In this document: positions 19,303-28,301 of the stretch, one piece after another
Layout: each line of letters begins with the position of its first letter
Numbering within the stretch: position 1 is the first letter of the stretch
Assembly: GCA_963675515.1 (NCBI GenBank)
Contig: OY776328.1
Location: forward strand, 1,740,001-1,772,000
Source of the DNA: Coprobacillaceae bacterium
GTDB taxonomy: Bacteria; Bacillota_I; Bacilli_A; Erysipelotrichales; Coprobacillaceae
Direction: 5' to 3'
Length of the DNA stretch: 32,000 nt
Notes under the pieces: model-generated
Seen by the model: only the letters and a program-made list of their open reading frames with translations
Database searches by the model: none
Told to the model about the DNA's origin: nothing
Translations under genes and position numbers: made by a program

Positions 19303-20745
19303 ATGGCTAGTAAGAAATTCATGAATGCATTGAATGCATTATGCGAAGAAAAAGGGATTGAACAGGACGTATTCTTAGGAATGCTTAAAGAATCAATTGA
19401 AAAATCATACAAGAAAATCTATCTGAGTCCCGAAGCGAATGTCCGCGTGGATCTAAATCCTAAAACAGGACAGTTCCGTTTGTTTGAAATCCGGACCGTG
19501 GTCGACAACCTTGATGATGAAGATATCGAAATGAGTCTTGATGAAGCTCATGAAATCGATCAAAGCTACAAAATCGGTGACATTGTCGAAACCGAAATCG
19601 ACGTGGATATCATTTCACGTCTGGCGGCAAACCAAGCCAAACAATTGTTCCGTCAAAAAATCAGGGAGACGGAAAAAGAAGCCCTTTATGAAGAATTTCA
19701 TGACAAAAAAGACGAAATTCTTACCGGAACCGTTGAGCGCGTCGAACCCCGCTTCGCCATCATTCAAATCGGCAAAATCGGGGCGTTCCTGTCGAAGGCG
19801 AACCAGATTCCCAATGAGGAATTGGTTGAAGGGACAAAGACCAAAGTTTACGTTTCCGAAGTCGATCGCGACACCAAAGGTACCCACCTGATTGTTTCCC
19901 GTACGGATCCAAATTTCGTTAAACGTCTTTTTGAACTTGAAGTTCCAGAGGTTTTCGATGGTCTGGTGGAAATAAAGGCGGTTTCCCGCGAACCAGGTGA
20001 CAGAACCAAGATTGCGGTCTACTCACGGGATGAAAACATTGATCCGGTCGGGTCATGTGTTGGTCCCAAGGGATCACGCGTCAAAAACGTTGTCGATGAG
20101 CTTAACGGCGAAATGATTGACATCATCGAATGGTCTTCGGACCCGGTGACCTTCATCACCAACGCCCTGGCTCCAAGTGATGTCACATCAGTTATTTTTG
20201 ACGAAGAAAAGCATTCCGCGACCGTTATTGTTCCTGACAACCAGCTTTCTCTGGCAATCGGTAAAAGAGGGCAAAATGCCCGCTTGGCCGTACACCTTAC
20301 CGGATGGAAAATCGACATCAAGTCACTGTCCGAAGCAAATGAAATGAATCTGTTTGCACAAAAAGAAAAACAACAGCCAGCCGCTTCTCTTGAAGATTTC
20401 AAGGAATTGATGATGCATGCTGTCGAAACGAGCGAGCCTGAGACAACGGTTGAGCCAAAACCTGTTAAGGTGGTTGAAACGCCGGATGATCAGATTTCAA
20501 GCCACGAGGCGGCAGAAAAAGCCAAGATAATCCGCAAGCCGGCTGAAAAACGCAAGGTGCTCAACGAGGAACAATCGGAATTGTTGAAAAAACTCGCCGA
20601 TTTCCAAGATGAAATCGGAGAAGGTGAACAGGAACATGAAGCCGTTGTAATCACAAAAGAAGATGAAGGCGAAGATAGTTATGAGTATGATAGCAAATAC
20701 GATGAAGATATCGACTATGATGCTTATGACGAATATTACGACTAA
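19303..20745 (+). CDS. nusA: Transcription termination/antitermination factor NusA with a long acidic C-terminal extension
   Basis: 480 aa. S1 domain GTVERVEPRFAIIQIG. KH motifs VGPKGSRV and AIGKRGQNARLA. An extra tail of about 135 aa ends in EDEGEDSYEYDSKYDEDIDYDAYDEYYD. Confidence 0.95.
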   Translation: MASKKFMNALNALCEEKGIEQDVFLGMLKESIEKSYKKIYLSPEANVRVDLNPKTGQFRLFEIRTVVDNLDDEDIEMSLDEAHEIDQSYKIGDIVETEIDVDIISRLAANQAKQLFRQKIRETEKEALYEEFHDKKDEILTGTVERVEPRFAIIQIGKIGAFLSKANQIPNEELVEGTKTKVYVSEVDRDTKGTHLIVSRTDPNFVKRLFELEVPEVFDGLVEIKAVSREPGDRTKIAVYSRDENIDPVGSCVGPKGSRVKNVVDELNGEMIDIIEWSSDPVTFITNALAPSDVTSVIFDEEKHSATVIVPDNQLSLAIGKRGQNARLAVHLTGWKIDIKSLSEANEMNLFAQKEKQQPAASLEDFKELMMHAVETSEPETTVEPKPVKVVETPDDQISSHEAAEKAKIIRKPAEKRKVLNEEQSELLKKLADFQDEIGEGEQEHEAVVITKEDEGEDSYEYDSKYDEDIDYDAYDEYYD

Positions 20746-20756
20746 GGAGAATTTTC

Positions 20757-21014
20757 ATGCGGAAGATACCATTAAGAAAATGTGTTGCCACCAATGAACA
20801 GCTGCCAAAAAAAGAGTTGATCAGGGTTGTAAAAAACAAAGAGGGCGAAATCATGATTGACCCTACTGGCAAACTCAATGGCCGGGGAGCATACTTGAAA
20901 CGCTCATTGGAAGCAATCGAACTCGCAAAGAAAAAAAGAAGTCTCAACAAGTCGTTATCATGTGAAATTCCCGATGAAATTTACGAGGAATTGAAAAAAT
21001 ATGTCAATGGATGA
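20757..21014 (+). CDS. ylxR: YlxR/RnpM family RNA-binding protein (DUF448)
   Basis: 85 aa. Contains RKCVATNEQLPKKELIRVV and GRGAYL. Position after nusA. Confidence 0.88.
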   Translation: MRKIPLRKCVATNEQLPKKELIRVVKNKEGEIMIDPTGKLNGRGAYLKRSLEAIELAKKKRSLNKSLSCEIPDEIYEELKKYVNG

Positions 21015-21306
21015 TCTAATCAAAGGTACATTAGGTTTATGTAATAGGGCTGGGAAGATATCCACCGGCTCGACCTTAATCGAAGATATTCGAAAAAACA
21101 AAGTCTATTTTGTGATAATCGCTTCAGACGCTAGCGATAACACTAAAAAAAAGATCAGCGATAAATGTAAATTTTACAATGTCGAATTTATAGAAAAATA
21201 TCATAGTGAGGAAATTTCAGCGGCTATCGGTAAAAACAACCGCATGGCTGTTGGAATAATGGATAAAGGATTCTATGCTAAAATAAAAAAAGAAATGGGT
21301 AGGTGA
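21001..21306 (+). CDS. ylxQ: L7Ae-family RNA-binding protein YlxQ
   Basis: 101 aa. Contains [12 protein letters not shown] and [10 protein letters not shown]. Located between ylxR and infB. The start could also be ATG 21007. Confidence 0.82.
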   Translation: MSMDDLIKGTLGLCNRAGKISTGSTLIEDIRKNKVYFVIIASDASDNTKKKISDKCKFYNVEFIEKYHSEEISAAIGKNNRMAVGIMDKGFYAKIKKEMGR

Positions 21307-21310
21307 TATT

Positions 21311-23155
21311 ATGGCGAAAGTAAACAAGAATCAAAGCAAGCATAATAGACGGGGAGGAAAAGGCAAACGTCCGGCAGCTCCAAAAAAACTCGAACCACAA
21401 CTGGTTGACGGTTTTATCGTTTATGAAGACGGGATCACAGTCAGCGAACTGGCTGAGAAAGTTGGACAACAACCCGCTTCGATAATCAAAGTTTTATTCT
21501 TACTGGGAATCATGGTAACAATCAATACACCTTTATCAGATGAACAAGTTGAATTGATCTGCTTGGAGTACGGTTTTGAGACCAAAAAAGAAATAAAAGT
21601 GGATGAAAATAATTTTGAAGAGTTTATTGAAGAGGATAAGGAAGAGGATCTCGTTCCTCGTTGTCCGGTTGTCACTATCATGGGGCACGTTGACCATGGT
21701 AAAACAACATTGCTCGATACAATCAGAAAAACAACGGTAGCTGAAGGTGAAGCCGGTGGGATCACCCAGCATATCGGAGCTTATCAGGTTTCGGTAGATG
21801 GTAAAAAGATCACATTCCTGGACACTCCAGGCCATGAAGCCTTTACGGCGATGCGGGCGCGCGGGGCGCAGGTTACGGATATCGTAATCATAGTAGTCGC
21901 TGCGGATGACGGTGTGATGCCTCAAACAAGAGAAGCGATCGACCATGCCAAAGCTGCAGGCGTTCCAATTGTTGTTGCCATCAACAAGATCGACAAGGAA
22001 GGTGCCGATGTTGAACGCATCAAGGGTGCGATGTCCGAAGAGGGTCTGATGCCCGAAGAATGGGGTGGCGATACAGTCTACTGCGAAATTTCAGCAAAAA
22101 TGAACATCGGAATCGATGCCCTGCTGGAAACATTGACAGTAGTTGCTGAATTGCAGGATTACAAGGCAAATCCGAAACGTCTGGCGTACGGTACCGTAAT
22201 CGAAGGCAAACTTGACAAAGGTCGCGGACCGGTTGCAACCTTGCTGGTTGAAAATGGAACATTGCGTTCAGGTGATCCGATCGTAGTCGGGACGACCTTC
22301 GGTAAGGTCCGCCAGATGCTTGATGATCGCGGTCGCATAATCAAATCCGCATTGCCTGGAACTCCGGTTGAAATCACCGGGTTGAGCGACGTCCCTGGCG
22401 CGGGTGACCGGTTCAAGGTATTTGATTCGGAGAAAAAAGCCCGTTCGGTTGGGGAAACCCGTCTTAAAGCCAAACAGGAAGAACAACGCTCAAGCAACGC
22501 CGCAATGTCTTTGGATGACCTTTATTCACAAATCAAGGAAGGTCAGATCATCGATTTGAATATCATTGTCAAAGCCGACGTTCAAGGTACGGCTGAAGCG
22601 GTGAAAGCCTCATTGAACAAGATCGATATCGACGGTGTCCGTGTCAATGTAATCCGTTCGACAGTCGGTTCAATAACCGAATCCGATGTCCTTTTGGCCA
22701 GCGCCTCTAAGGCGTTGATCTATGGTTTCAATGTCCGTCCTAATGCCAAAGTCCGTCAAAAGGCAGATGAAGAAGGAGTGGAAATCCACTTGCACAACAT
22801 CATCTACAAGATGATTGAGGAAATCGAAGCTGCCATGACTGGAATGCTTGCACCTGAGTTCAAGGAAAAAGTTACAGGTCAGGCTGAAGTGCGTCAGGTC
22901 ATCAAGGTTTCCAAAGTCGGAAATGTTGCCGGATGTTATGTGACTGATGGTTACCTGCTGCGCAACAGCGGAATCCGCCTGATTCGTGATGGAATCGTCA
23001 TTTACGAAGGTAAACTTGGATCACTTCGCCGTTTCACTGATGATGTAAAACAGGTAAATACCGGTTTCGAATGCGGATTGAGCATCGAAAATTACAATGA
23101 TATCAAAGAAGGAGATGTAATCGAAGGTTACATCATGGAAGAAGTAGAAAGATAG
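21311..23155 (+). CDS. infB: Translation initiation factor IF-2
   Basis: 614 aa. G-domain motifs [20 protein letters not shown] and NKID. Short basic N-terminus. Confidence 0.96.
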   Translation: MAKVNKNQSKHNRRGGKGKRPAAPKKLEPQLVDGFIVYEDGITVSELAEKVGQQPASIIKVLFLLGIMVTINTPLSDEQVELICLEYGFETKKEIKVDENNFEEFIEEDKEEDLVPRCPVVTIMGHVDHGKTTLLDTIRKTTVAEGEAGGITQHIGAYQVSVDGKKITFLDTPGHEAFTAMRARGAQVTDIVIIVVAADDGVMPQTREAIDHAKAAGVPIVVAINKIDKEGADVERIKGAMSEEGLMPEEWGGDTVYCEISAKMNIGIDALLETLTVVAELQDYKANPKRLAYGTVIEGKLDKGRGPVATLLVENGTLRSGDPIVVGTTFGKVRQMLDDRGRIIKSALPGTPVEITGLSDVPGAGDRFKVFDSEKKARSVGETRLKAKQEEQRSSNAAMSLDDLYSQIKEGQIIDLNIIVKADVQGTAEAVKASLNKIDIDGVRVNVIRSTVGSITESDVLLASASKALIYGFNVRPNAKVRQKADEEGVEIHLHNIIYKMIEEIEAAMTGMLAPEFKEKVTGQAEVRQVIKVSKVGNVAGCYVTDGYLLRNSGIRLIRDGIVIYEGKLGSLRRFTDDVKQVNTGFECGLSIENYNDIKEGDVIEGYIMEEVER

Positions 23156-23163
23156 GTGTTAAC

Positions 23164-23517
23164 ATGTCTGTTAAAATCCAAAAATTAAACGGAACAATTC
23201 AAAGGGAACTCTCTATGATTTTCCGGACCGAAGTCAGAGATCGCAATTTGCGGTTTGTAACCGTGACTGCGGTTGAGACTACAAACGATCTGTCGTTTGC
23301 GAAAGTTTTTGTCACTTTTTTAGGCAATGAAAATGACAAACGCCGCGGTATTGAGGCGCTTGAAAAATCATCTGGCTATATTCGCTCTTTGTTGGCGAAG
23401 AAGCTCAAGGTCCGCAAGGTTCCCGAACTTATCTTCAAGATCGATGAATCAATCGAGTACGGAAACAAGATCGAAAAGATTATAAGCGAAATTCACGAAA
23501 AAGAATCGGAAAAATAA
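23164..23517 (+). CDS. rbfA: Ribosome-binding factor A
   Basis: 117 aa. Contains RELSMIFRTEVRD and VTVTAVETTNDLSFAKVFV. Confidence 0.9.
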   Translation: MSVKIQKLNGTIQRELSMIFRTEVRDRNLRFVTVTAVETTNDLSFAKVFVTFLGNENDKRRGIEALEKSSGYIRSLLAKKLKVRKVPELIFKIDESIEYGNKIEKIISEIHEKESEK

Positions 23518-23523
23518 TTGTTC

Positions 23524-23550
23524 AAGGCTGCAGACATTGCAGCCTTTTTT
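23524..23550 (+). terminator. Rho-independent terminator ending the nusA-infB operon
   Basis: 9-bp stem AAGGCTGCA/TGCAGCCTT, 5-nt loop, T-run 23545-23550. Confidence 0.85.
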
Positions 23551-23563
23551 GTTGCCTGCAACC

Positions 23564-23592
23564 TTAACAACCATCCAAATCTTTGGTATAAT
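23564..23592 (+). promoter_or_regulatory. sigma-A type promoter for the epimerase-family gene
   Basis: TTAACA (23564-23569), 17-nt spacer ending in TGG, TATAAT (23587-23592). Confidence 0.55.
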
Positions 23593-23621
23593 GTTCTAAG
23601 CAATGAAAAAAGGAGAATATT

Positions 23622-24500
23622 ATGCCATTTTTAGAGAATGATATGTTGAAAGTAGAATTGAATCCCCAGGGTGCTGAAATCATCAGCATCATCGGAAAAG
23701 GTGACAACATCAATTACATGTGGAAAAGGGACAAGTCGCTTTGGGGATCTTCGGCACCGATCCTGTTTCCGATAGTCGGAGCACTCAACAATGACACTTG
23801 CTTGATCGAAGGTAAGGAATATCATATGACCCAGCACGGTTTTGCCCGTCACAATGTTTTCATCACCGACCAGGTAAGCCCGGTGCGGGTTGACTTCACT
23901 TTGGAATCAAACGAGAAAATAATAACCCAATATCCATACCAGTTCAGACTGATCATTTCCTATGAGCTTGAGGGTTGCAGCCTTAGCTGCACCTGCAAGG
24001 TTGTCAACATTGACAGCCAGGATATCTATTTCCAGATCGGCGGTCACCCGGCTTTTGCCTGTCCGTTTACAGACGAGGAATCAAGTGATGACTATTATCT
24101 TGAATTTTCGCATAAGGAGACTCTCGAACAGAAGGTCCTTCTTCCGGAAAAGAAATGCATGTCTCATGAAACAAGACCTTTTTTTGAAAACGAGCGCCGT
24201 TTCTTTGTCCGACAAAGCCTTTTTGCCAACGACGCGATAGTTTTCAAGAACTTCAAGTCAAAAACCGTTTCGCTCAAATCGATCAACCATGACAAGGCAA
24301 TCCACGTGACCATGACCGGTTTCGATCATTTGGGACTGTGGGCGAGCAAGCATGTCGGTGGACTTCTTGCAATCGAACCATGGGTCGGGCATATCGATTA
24401 CGAAGGTTTTGCCGGTGAGTTCAAGGATAAGGAAAGTGTTGTCCAATTGGCTTGTGAAAATGATTATCAGGTGAATTTCACAGTAACCATCGATATGTAA
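23622..24500 (+). CDS. Aldose 1-epimerase family protein (LacX/YihR-like)
   Basis: 292 aa. Contains SAPILFPIVG, HGFARH and IGGHPAF, which are typical of galactose-mutarotase-like proteins. Confidence 0.75.
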   Translation: MPFLENDMLKVELNPQGAEIISIIGKGDNINYMWKRDKSLWGSSAPILFPIVGALNNDTCLIEGKEYHMTQHGFARHNVFITDQVSPVRVDFTLESNEKIITQYPYQFRLIISYELEGCSLSCTCKVVNIDSQDIYFQIGGHPAFACPFTDEESSDDYYLEFSHKETLEQKVLLPEKKCMSHETRPFFENERRFFVRQSLFANDAIVFKNFKSKTVSLKSINHDKAIHVTMTGFDHLGLWASKHVGGLLAIEPWVGHIDYEGFAGEFKDKESVVQLACENDYQVNFTVTIDM

Positions 24501-24520
24501 AAGGTCGCAAGACCTTTTTT
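24499..24520 (+). terminator. Rho-independent terminator
   Basis: 8-bp stem AAAAGGTC/GACCTTTT, GCAA loop, T-run to 24520. Confidence 0.8.
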
Positions 24521-24604
24521 GATTTAGTTTCCTGAAATCTAAAAAACAGATACTAAAGTGGATTAATTTTTGATATAATTATGGAAGATTTTTAAGGTGG
24601 TATT

Positions 24605-25324
24605 ATGAAAGTAAGATTAGACCGATTGTTATCCAACACTGGATATGGAACCCGTAAGGAAGTAAAACAGATGATCCGCAAAGGTCATGTTAAAGTAAAT
24701 AAAACAGTTATAAAAAAAGATGATTTGAAAATAGATCCCCAGGTGGAGAAGGTCTATGTGGACGATGTCGAAGTCGTGCATGAGCCTTTTGTTTATTTCA
24801 TGCTCAACAAGCCAGCCGGATATATCAGCGCAACTGTCGACCAGTCGCACAAGACCGTGATTGATCTGATCGAAGGTTATGACAACTACGAACTTTTCCC
24901 GGTCGGTCGCCTCGACAAGGACACCGAAGGGCTGCTTTTGATCACCAACGATGGCGGCTTCGCGCATTTGCTGATGGCGCCAAGACGCAAACATCCAAAG
25001 ATATATTTTGCAAAAGTCAAAGGGCCCATCAATGACGAGCATGTCGAATTGTTCAAGGAAGGGATCACCATCGATACCGGATATAAGTGCAAAAGCGCCA
25101 AACTCGAGATAATCGAGGCAAACGAAGAATATTCCCTGATCGAAGTCGAAATAACCGAGGGGAAATTTCATCAGGTCAAGAAAATGTTCCTGGCGATAGG
25201 TTCGGAGGTTCTGTATCTCAAGCGGACCCAGATCAGGAATCTGAAATTGGACGATAACCTACAGTTGGGTGAATTTCGTAAACTAACTGCACAAGAATTA
25301 ATCGACTTGAAAGAAAATCTGTGA
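24605..25324 (+). CDS. rsuA: Pseudouridine synthase, RsuA/RluB family (S4 domain plus catalytic domain)
   Basis: 239 aa. Contains YFMLNKPAGYISAT, VGRLDKDTEGLLLITNDG and EGKFHQVKKMF. It aligns well with E. coli RsuA as I remember it. Confidence 0.8.
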   Translation: MKVRLDRLLSNTGYGTRKEVKQMIRKGHVKVNKTVIKKDDLKIDPQVEKVYVDDVEVVHEPFVYFMLNKPAGYISATVDQSHKTVIDLIEGYDNYELFPVGRLDKDTEGLLLITNDGGFAHLLMAPRRKHPKIYFAKVKGPINDEHVELFKEGITIDTGYKCKSAKLEIIEANEEYSLIEVEITEGKFHQVKKMFLAIGSEVLYLKRTQIRNLKLDDNLQLGEFRKLTAQELIDLKENL

Positions 25325-25350
25325 TATAATCAAATTTAAGGAGAATACAA

Positions 25351-25989
25351 ATGAGACTTAGAAATAATCCAAATGCAATGGATATTTTAAAAGAAAATGC
25401 GCATCTGGTCGTATTGGAACCGGAAAAGCATCATGGCAAGTGGAAGCAACTTTTCAACAACGAAAATCCCATCTACATTGAAGTGGGAATGGGAAAGGGT
25501 GATTTCATCTACGGCAATGCCCAGGCATACCCTGATATCAACTTCATCGGGATTGAAAGGTATCCTTCGGTCCTGGCGGCCGCAGTCACCAAAATAAGCA
25601 AGTTGCCGGTTCTGGAAAACTTGCGGGTCATCAAATATGATGCCAGTTTGCTTGAGGAGATTTTCGCTTTGGGTGAAGTGGCCAAATTGTTTTTGAATTT
25701 CTCGGATCCCTGGCCAAAAAGCCGTCATGCAAAACGCCGGCTGACGTCACCGCAGTTTCTTGATATCTATCATTTGGTTCTTGACAAGGATGCGATAATC
25801 GAATTCAAAACCGACAATAGGTTGCTGTTCGAATACTCATTGATCACATTCAATCAATACCCGCTTCATTTGGAATACGTAAGTCTTGATTTGCATAATT
25901 CGGCTGAAAATGAAACAAATATCCAAACTGAATACGAAAGAAAGTTCAGTGCCTTTGGACCGATTTACAAAGCTATTGTGAGGTACTAG
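25351..25989 (+). CDS. trmB: tRNA (guanine46-N7)-methyltransferase TrmB
   Basis: 212 aa. Contains IEVGMGKG, FIGIE and NFSDPWPKSRHAKRRL. Confidence 0.9.
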   Translation: MRLRNNPNAMDILKENAHLVVLEPEKHHGKWKQLFNNENPIYIEVGMGKGDFIYGNAQAYPDINFIGIERYPSVLAAAVTKISKLPVLENLRVIKYDASLLEEIFALGEVAKLFLNFSDPWPKSRHAKRRLTSPQFLDIYHLVLDKDAIIEFKTDNRLLFEYSLITFNQYPLHLEYVSLDLHNSAENETNIQTEYERKFSAFGPIYKAIVRY

Positions 25990-26319
25990 ATGAAAACTAT
26001 CATTGAAATAACAAGCGCCCGAGAGTATAACGATCTTATCGCCAAAACGCCAAAATCAATTGTCCTTTTCAGCGCCGAATGGTGTGGGGATTGTCTTTTT
26101 CTAAAACAATTCCTCAACCAGCTTGTAAGTGAGAACCAGGATTACCAATGGTACTACGTGGACCGCGACAAGCTGCTTGATATCTGTCTTGAAAACGGGA
26201 TTATGGGGATTCCTTCGTTTATCGCCTACTCTCAAGGCAACAAGATCGGGACATTCATTTCGAAGCAGCGCAAAACCAAAGAAGAAGTTCAAAAATTCAT
26301 CAACAGTCTGGGGGAATAA
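25990..26319 (+). CDS. Thioredoxin-like protein (YtpP-like)
   Basis: 109 aa. Has a WCGDC redox motif in a thioredoxin-fold context (IVLFSAEWCGDC ... GIPSF). The start abuts the trmB stop. Confidence 0.8.
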   Translation: MKTIIEITSAREYNDLIAKTPKSIVLFSAEWCGDCLFLKQFLNQLVSENQDYQWYYVDRDKLLDICLENGIMGIPSFIAYSQGNKIGTFISKQRKTKEEVQKFINSLGE

Positions 26320-26322
26320 CAT

Positions 26323-26940
26323 ATGCTGTTACATGCTTTTTATAATTTAGAGGGGTCCGGTGACGTATTGCTCGTCCGTCTGGGACCGGGAACAACAGAC
26401 AACTATCAAGTGTCTGGTGATCTTGTTATCCTGAAAAGCGGGGACAAGGTAATCGGGTACAACTTGTTGAATGCATCCAAATATTTCAATAACCTTAGCA
26501 ACGGCAAAATTGACATCAGTCCTGAATTTGTCATGGATCTCAACAGGATATTGCAAGACAATGGTTTGGACTCGGTAACGAGCGATTGCAACGATCATTT
26601 CATCGTCGGCAAAGTCGTGGAATGTTTGCCGCACCCCGATTCAGACCATATGCACGTATGCCAGGTCGACAAAGGCTATGAGACAGTGCAGATAGTCTGC
26701 GGTGCAAAAAACATTGCCAGAGACCAGATGGTCGTCGTTGCCGAAGAAAACGCCGTCATGGCCAGTGGCCTGATAATCAGGCCGTCAAAGCTTCGTGGTC
26801 AAGCAAGCGCAGGAATGATTTGCTCAAGCAAAGAGCTCAATCTTTTGAATATTCCTTATGAAGGTATCCTTGTATTGGACGAGAGTCTGTATAATGTCGG
26901 TGAACATTTTTACAAAAGGTATGGTGAGCTAAATGTTTAA
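26323..26940 (+). CDS. ytpR: YtpR-like putative tRNA-binding protein (Trbp111/PheT-B2-type domain)
   Basis: 205 aa. Contains GKVVECLPHPDSDHMHVCQVD..IVCGAKN..KLRGQASAGMICS. It follows the YtpP-like gene, as in Bacillus. Confidence 0.8.
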   Translation: MLLHAFYNLEGSGDVLLVRLGPGTTDNYQVSGDLVILKSGDKVIGYNLLNASKYFNNLSNGKIDISPEFVMDLNRILQDNGLDSVTSDCNDHFIVGKVVECLPHPDSDHMHVCQVDKGYETVQIVCGAKNIARDQMVVVAEENAVMASGLIIRPSKLRGQASAGMICSSKELNLLNIPYEGILVLDESLYNVGEHFYKRYGELNV

Positions 26941-27664
26941 GAATTTTTTGAATCTTTTTAGAGAAGAAGAAGAACCAACTCCTGATCTTATAGTTGAAAA
27001 AAGACGCCAGGAAAAAGTGAGTTCAAAGGTTCAACCAGCCATTGTGGAAGTTCAACAAAAATCAAAGAGTATTGTGCCTGAAGATCTGACGATATCCAAG
27101 CGAGAAAAACAGCCAGTAGAAAAAAAAGCTGCTCTTGATGTAAAACCTCAGTTTTCAAAAGAAGAAAAACCAAAAGTCGAGGAATACAAAATGACTCAGG
27201 TGATTTCACCGATTTTTGGCAAAAGCAATACCGATGGAACAGCCGATCACAAGGATGACGTCAAAAAGAAAAAAGTCAAGGCGCCAAAAGAAGACGGTCT
27301 TATCAATGTCTTTTCTCCTTTTTACGTCACTGTTGAAGAAGATGAAGCTGAGCCAATTTCACAGACAAAGGATATGATTCCCGATCTTTCCAAGAAAGTC
27401 GATGAAATCAAAGTGGCCAGTGAGGCTATGGGTCAACCTGAACAACTCGAAATAAAAGATGAGACAGTTGCCCAAAATATCAGAAACATCGCCAAAATCA
27501 TTGATGACACTGATGCCGATTTGAAGATTATCGAGGAGAGAACCGGCGAGTTCCGATTGGACTTCAAAGAAAGTAAGACTGACACCCGTTCGGTTACTGA
27601 GGAGATCAAGGATGACACATCTCTTGAGGAACTGATGAATCTCTACGACAAGTTCAAAAACTGA
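26933..27664 (+). CDS. Hypothetical K/E-rich, probably disordered protein
   Basis: 243 aa ORF translationally coupled on both sides (ATGTTTAA overlap with ytpR, TGATG overlap with acpS). I recognise no family motif. Confidence 0.6.
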   Translation: MFKNFLNLFREEEEPTPDLIVEKRRQEKVSSKVQPAIVEVQQKSKSIVPEDLTISKREKQPVEKKAALDVKPQFSKEEKPKVEEYKMTQVISPIFGKSNTDGTADHKDDVKKKKVKAPKEDGLINVFSPFYVTVEEDEAEPISQTKDMIPDLSKKVDEIKVASEAMGQPEQLEIKDETVAQNIRNIAKIIDDTDADLKIIEERTGEFRLDFKESKTDTRSVTEEIKDDTSLEELMNLYDKFKN

Positions 27665-28005
27665 TGATTGAAGGAATTGGCTGCGATATCGTCGATTTGA
27701 CAAGGATCAACGTGGACGACGATAGTCTTGCAATAAAGGTTCTTTCGGACGTTGAATTTGACATATATCAAAAAATCACCAATAAAAACATCAAAAGACA
27801 ATATTTGGGTACCCGTTTTTCAGTCAAGGAGTCATTCTACAAAGCGACCAGTCACCTTGATCTTGAACATACTTACAAATCATTGACTTTGCTCAATGAT
27901 GATAACGGCCGGCCATATCTTAATTACCCGAACGCTCATGTTTCAATTTCCCACGAAAGAGAACTTGCTATAACTTATGTTGTTGTCGAAAAGAGCGATC
28001 AATAG
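27664..28005 (+). CDS. acpS: Holo-[acyl-carrier-protein] synthase
   Basis: 113 aa. Contains MIEGIGCDIVDLTRI, KESFYKA and VSISHERE. Confidence 0.88.
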   Translation: MIEGIGCDIVDLTRINVDDDSLAIKVLSDVEFDIYQKITNKNIKRQYLGTRFSVKESFYKATSHLDLEHTYKSLTLLNDDNGRPYLNYPNAHVSISHERELAITYVVVEKSDQ

Positions 28006-28031
28006 CTATCCTTTGGATGGCTGTTTTTTTT
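28004..28031 (+). terminator. Rho-independent terminator after acpS
   Basis: Stem AGCTATCC/GGATGGCT (one G-U pair), short loop, then G followed by a run of Ts to 28031. Confidence 0.7.
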
Positions 28032-28104
28032 ACAATTAAACTTTTCTGTAACAAATTAGCGGTCGCTTTGTACATATCAAAAAAATTTTCTACAATTACA
28101 AATA

Positions 28105-28134
28105 TTGAAAATTTTAAGACAAAATTGAGATAAT
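28105..28134 (+). promoter_or_regulatory. Distal candidate promoter (P2) in the AT-rich region
   Basis: TTGAAA (28105-28110), 18-nt spacer, GATAAT (28129-28134). Confidence 0.3.
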
Positions 28135-28251
28135 ATGCAAATCACACCTCATCTGAGTACACTAATGTTTAAAAAATGTAACAATACTGAAATTAACTTC
28201 CATATACAAATATATGATACGCTGAATATCGGATTTGAGCAGTCCAGCGTT

Positions 28252-28280
28252 TTGACTAATTGAAAAATACAATGTAATAT
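28252..28280 (+). promoter_or_regulatory. Proximal candidate promoter (P1) for the SSB-like genes
   Basis: TTGACT (28252-28257), 17-nt spacer, TAATAT (28275-28280). SD AAAGGAGGTG at 28288-28297. Confidence 0.5.
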
Positions 28281-28301
28281 AAAAGAGAAAGGAGGTGTAT
28301 T

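Noticed and set aside
28135-28263. 42-codon ATG ORF (MQITPHLSTLMFKKCNNTEINFHIQIYDTLNIGFEQSSVLTN) inside the AT-rich region upstream of the SSB-like genes.
   Set aside because: It has only a weak GAGA SD, and it would start upstream of the TSS predicted for P2 and run through the P1 -35. It has no hydrophobic or recognisable peptide character. This is more likely a chance open frame, kept only as a low-probability alternative.
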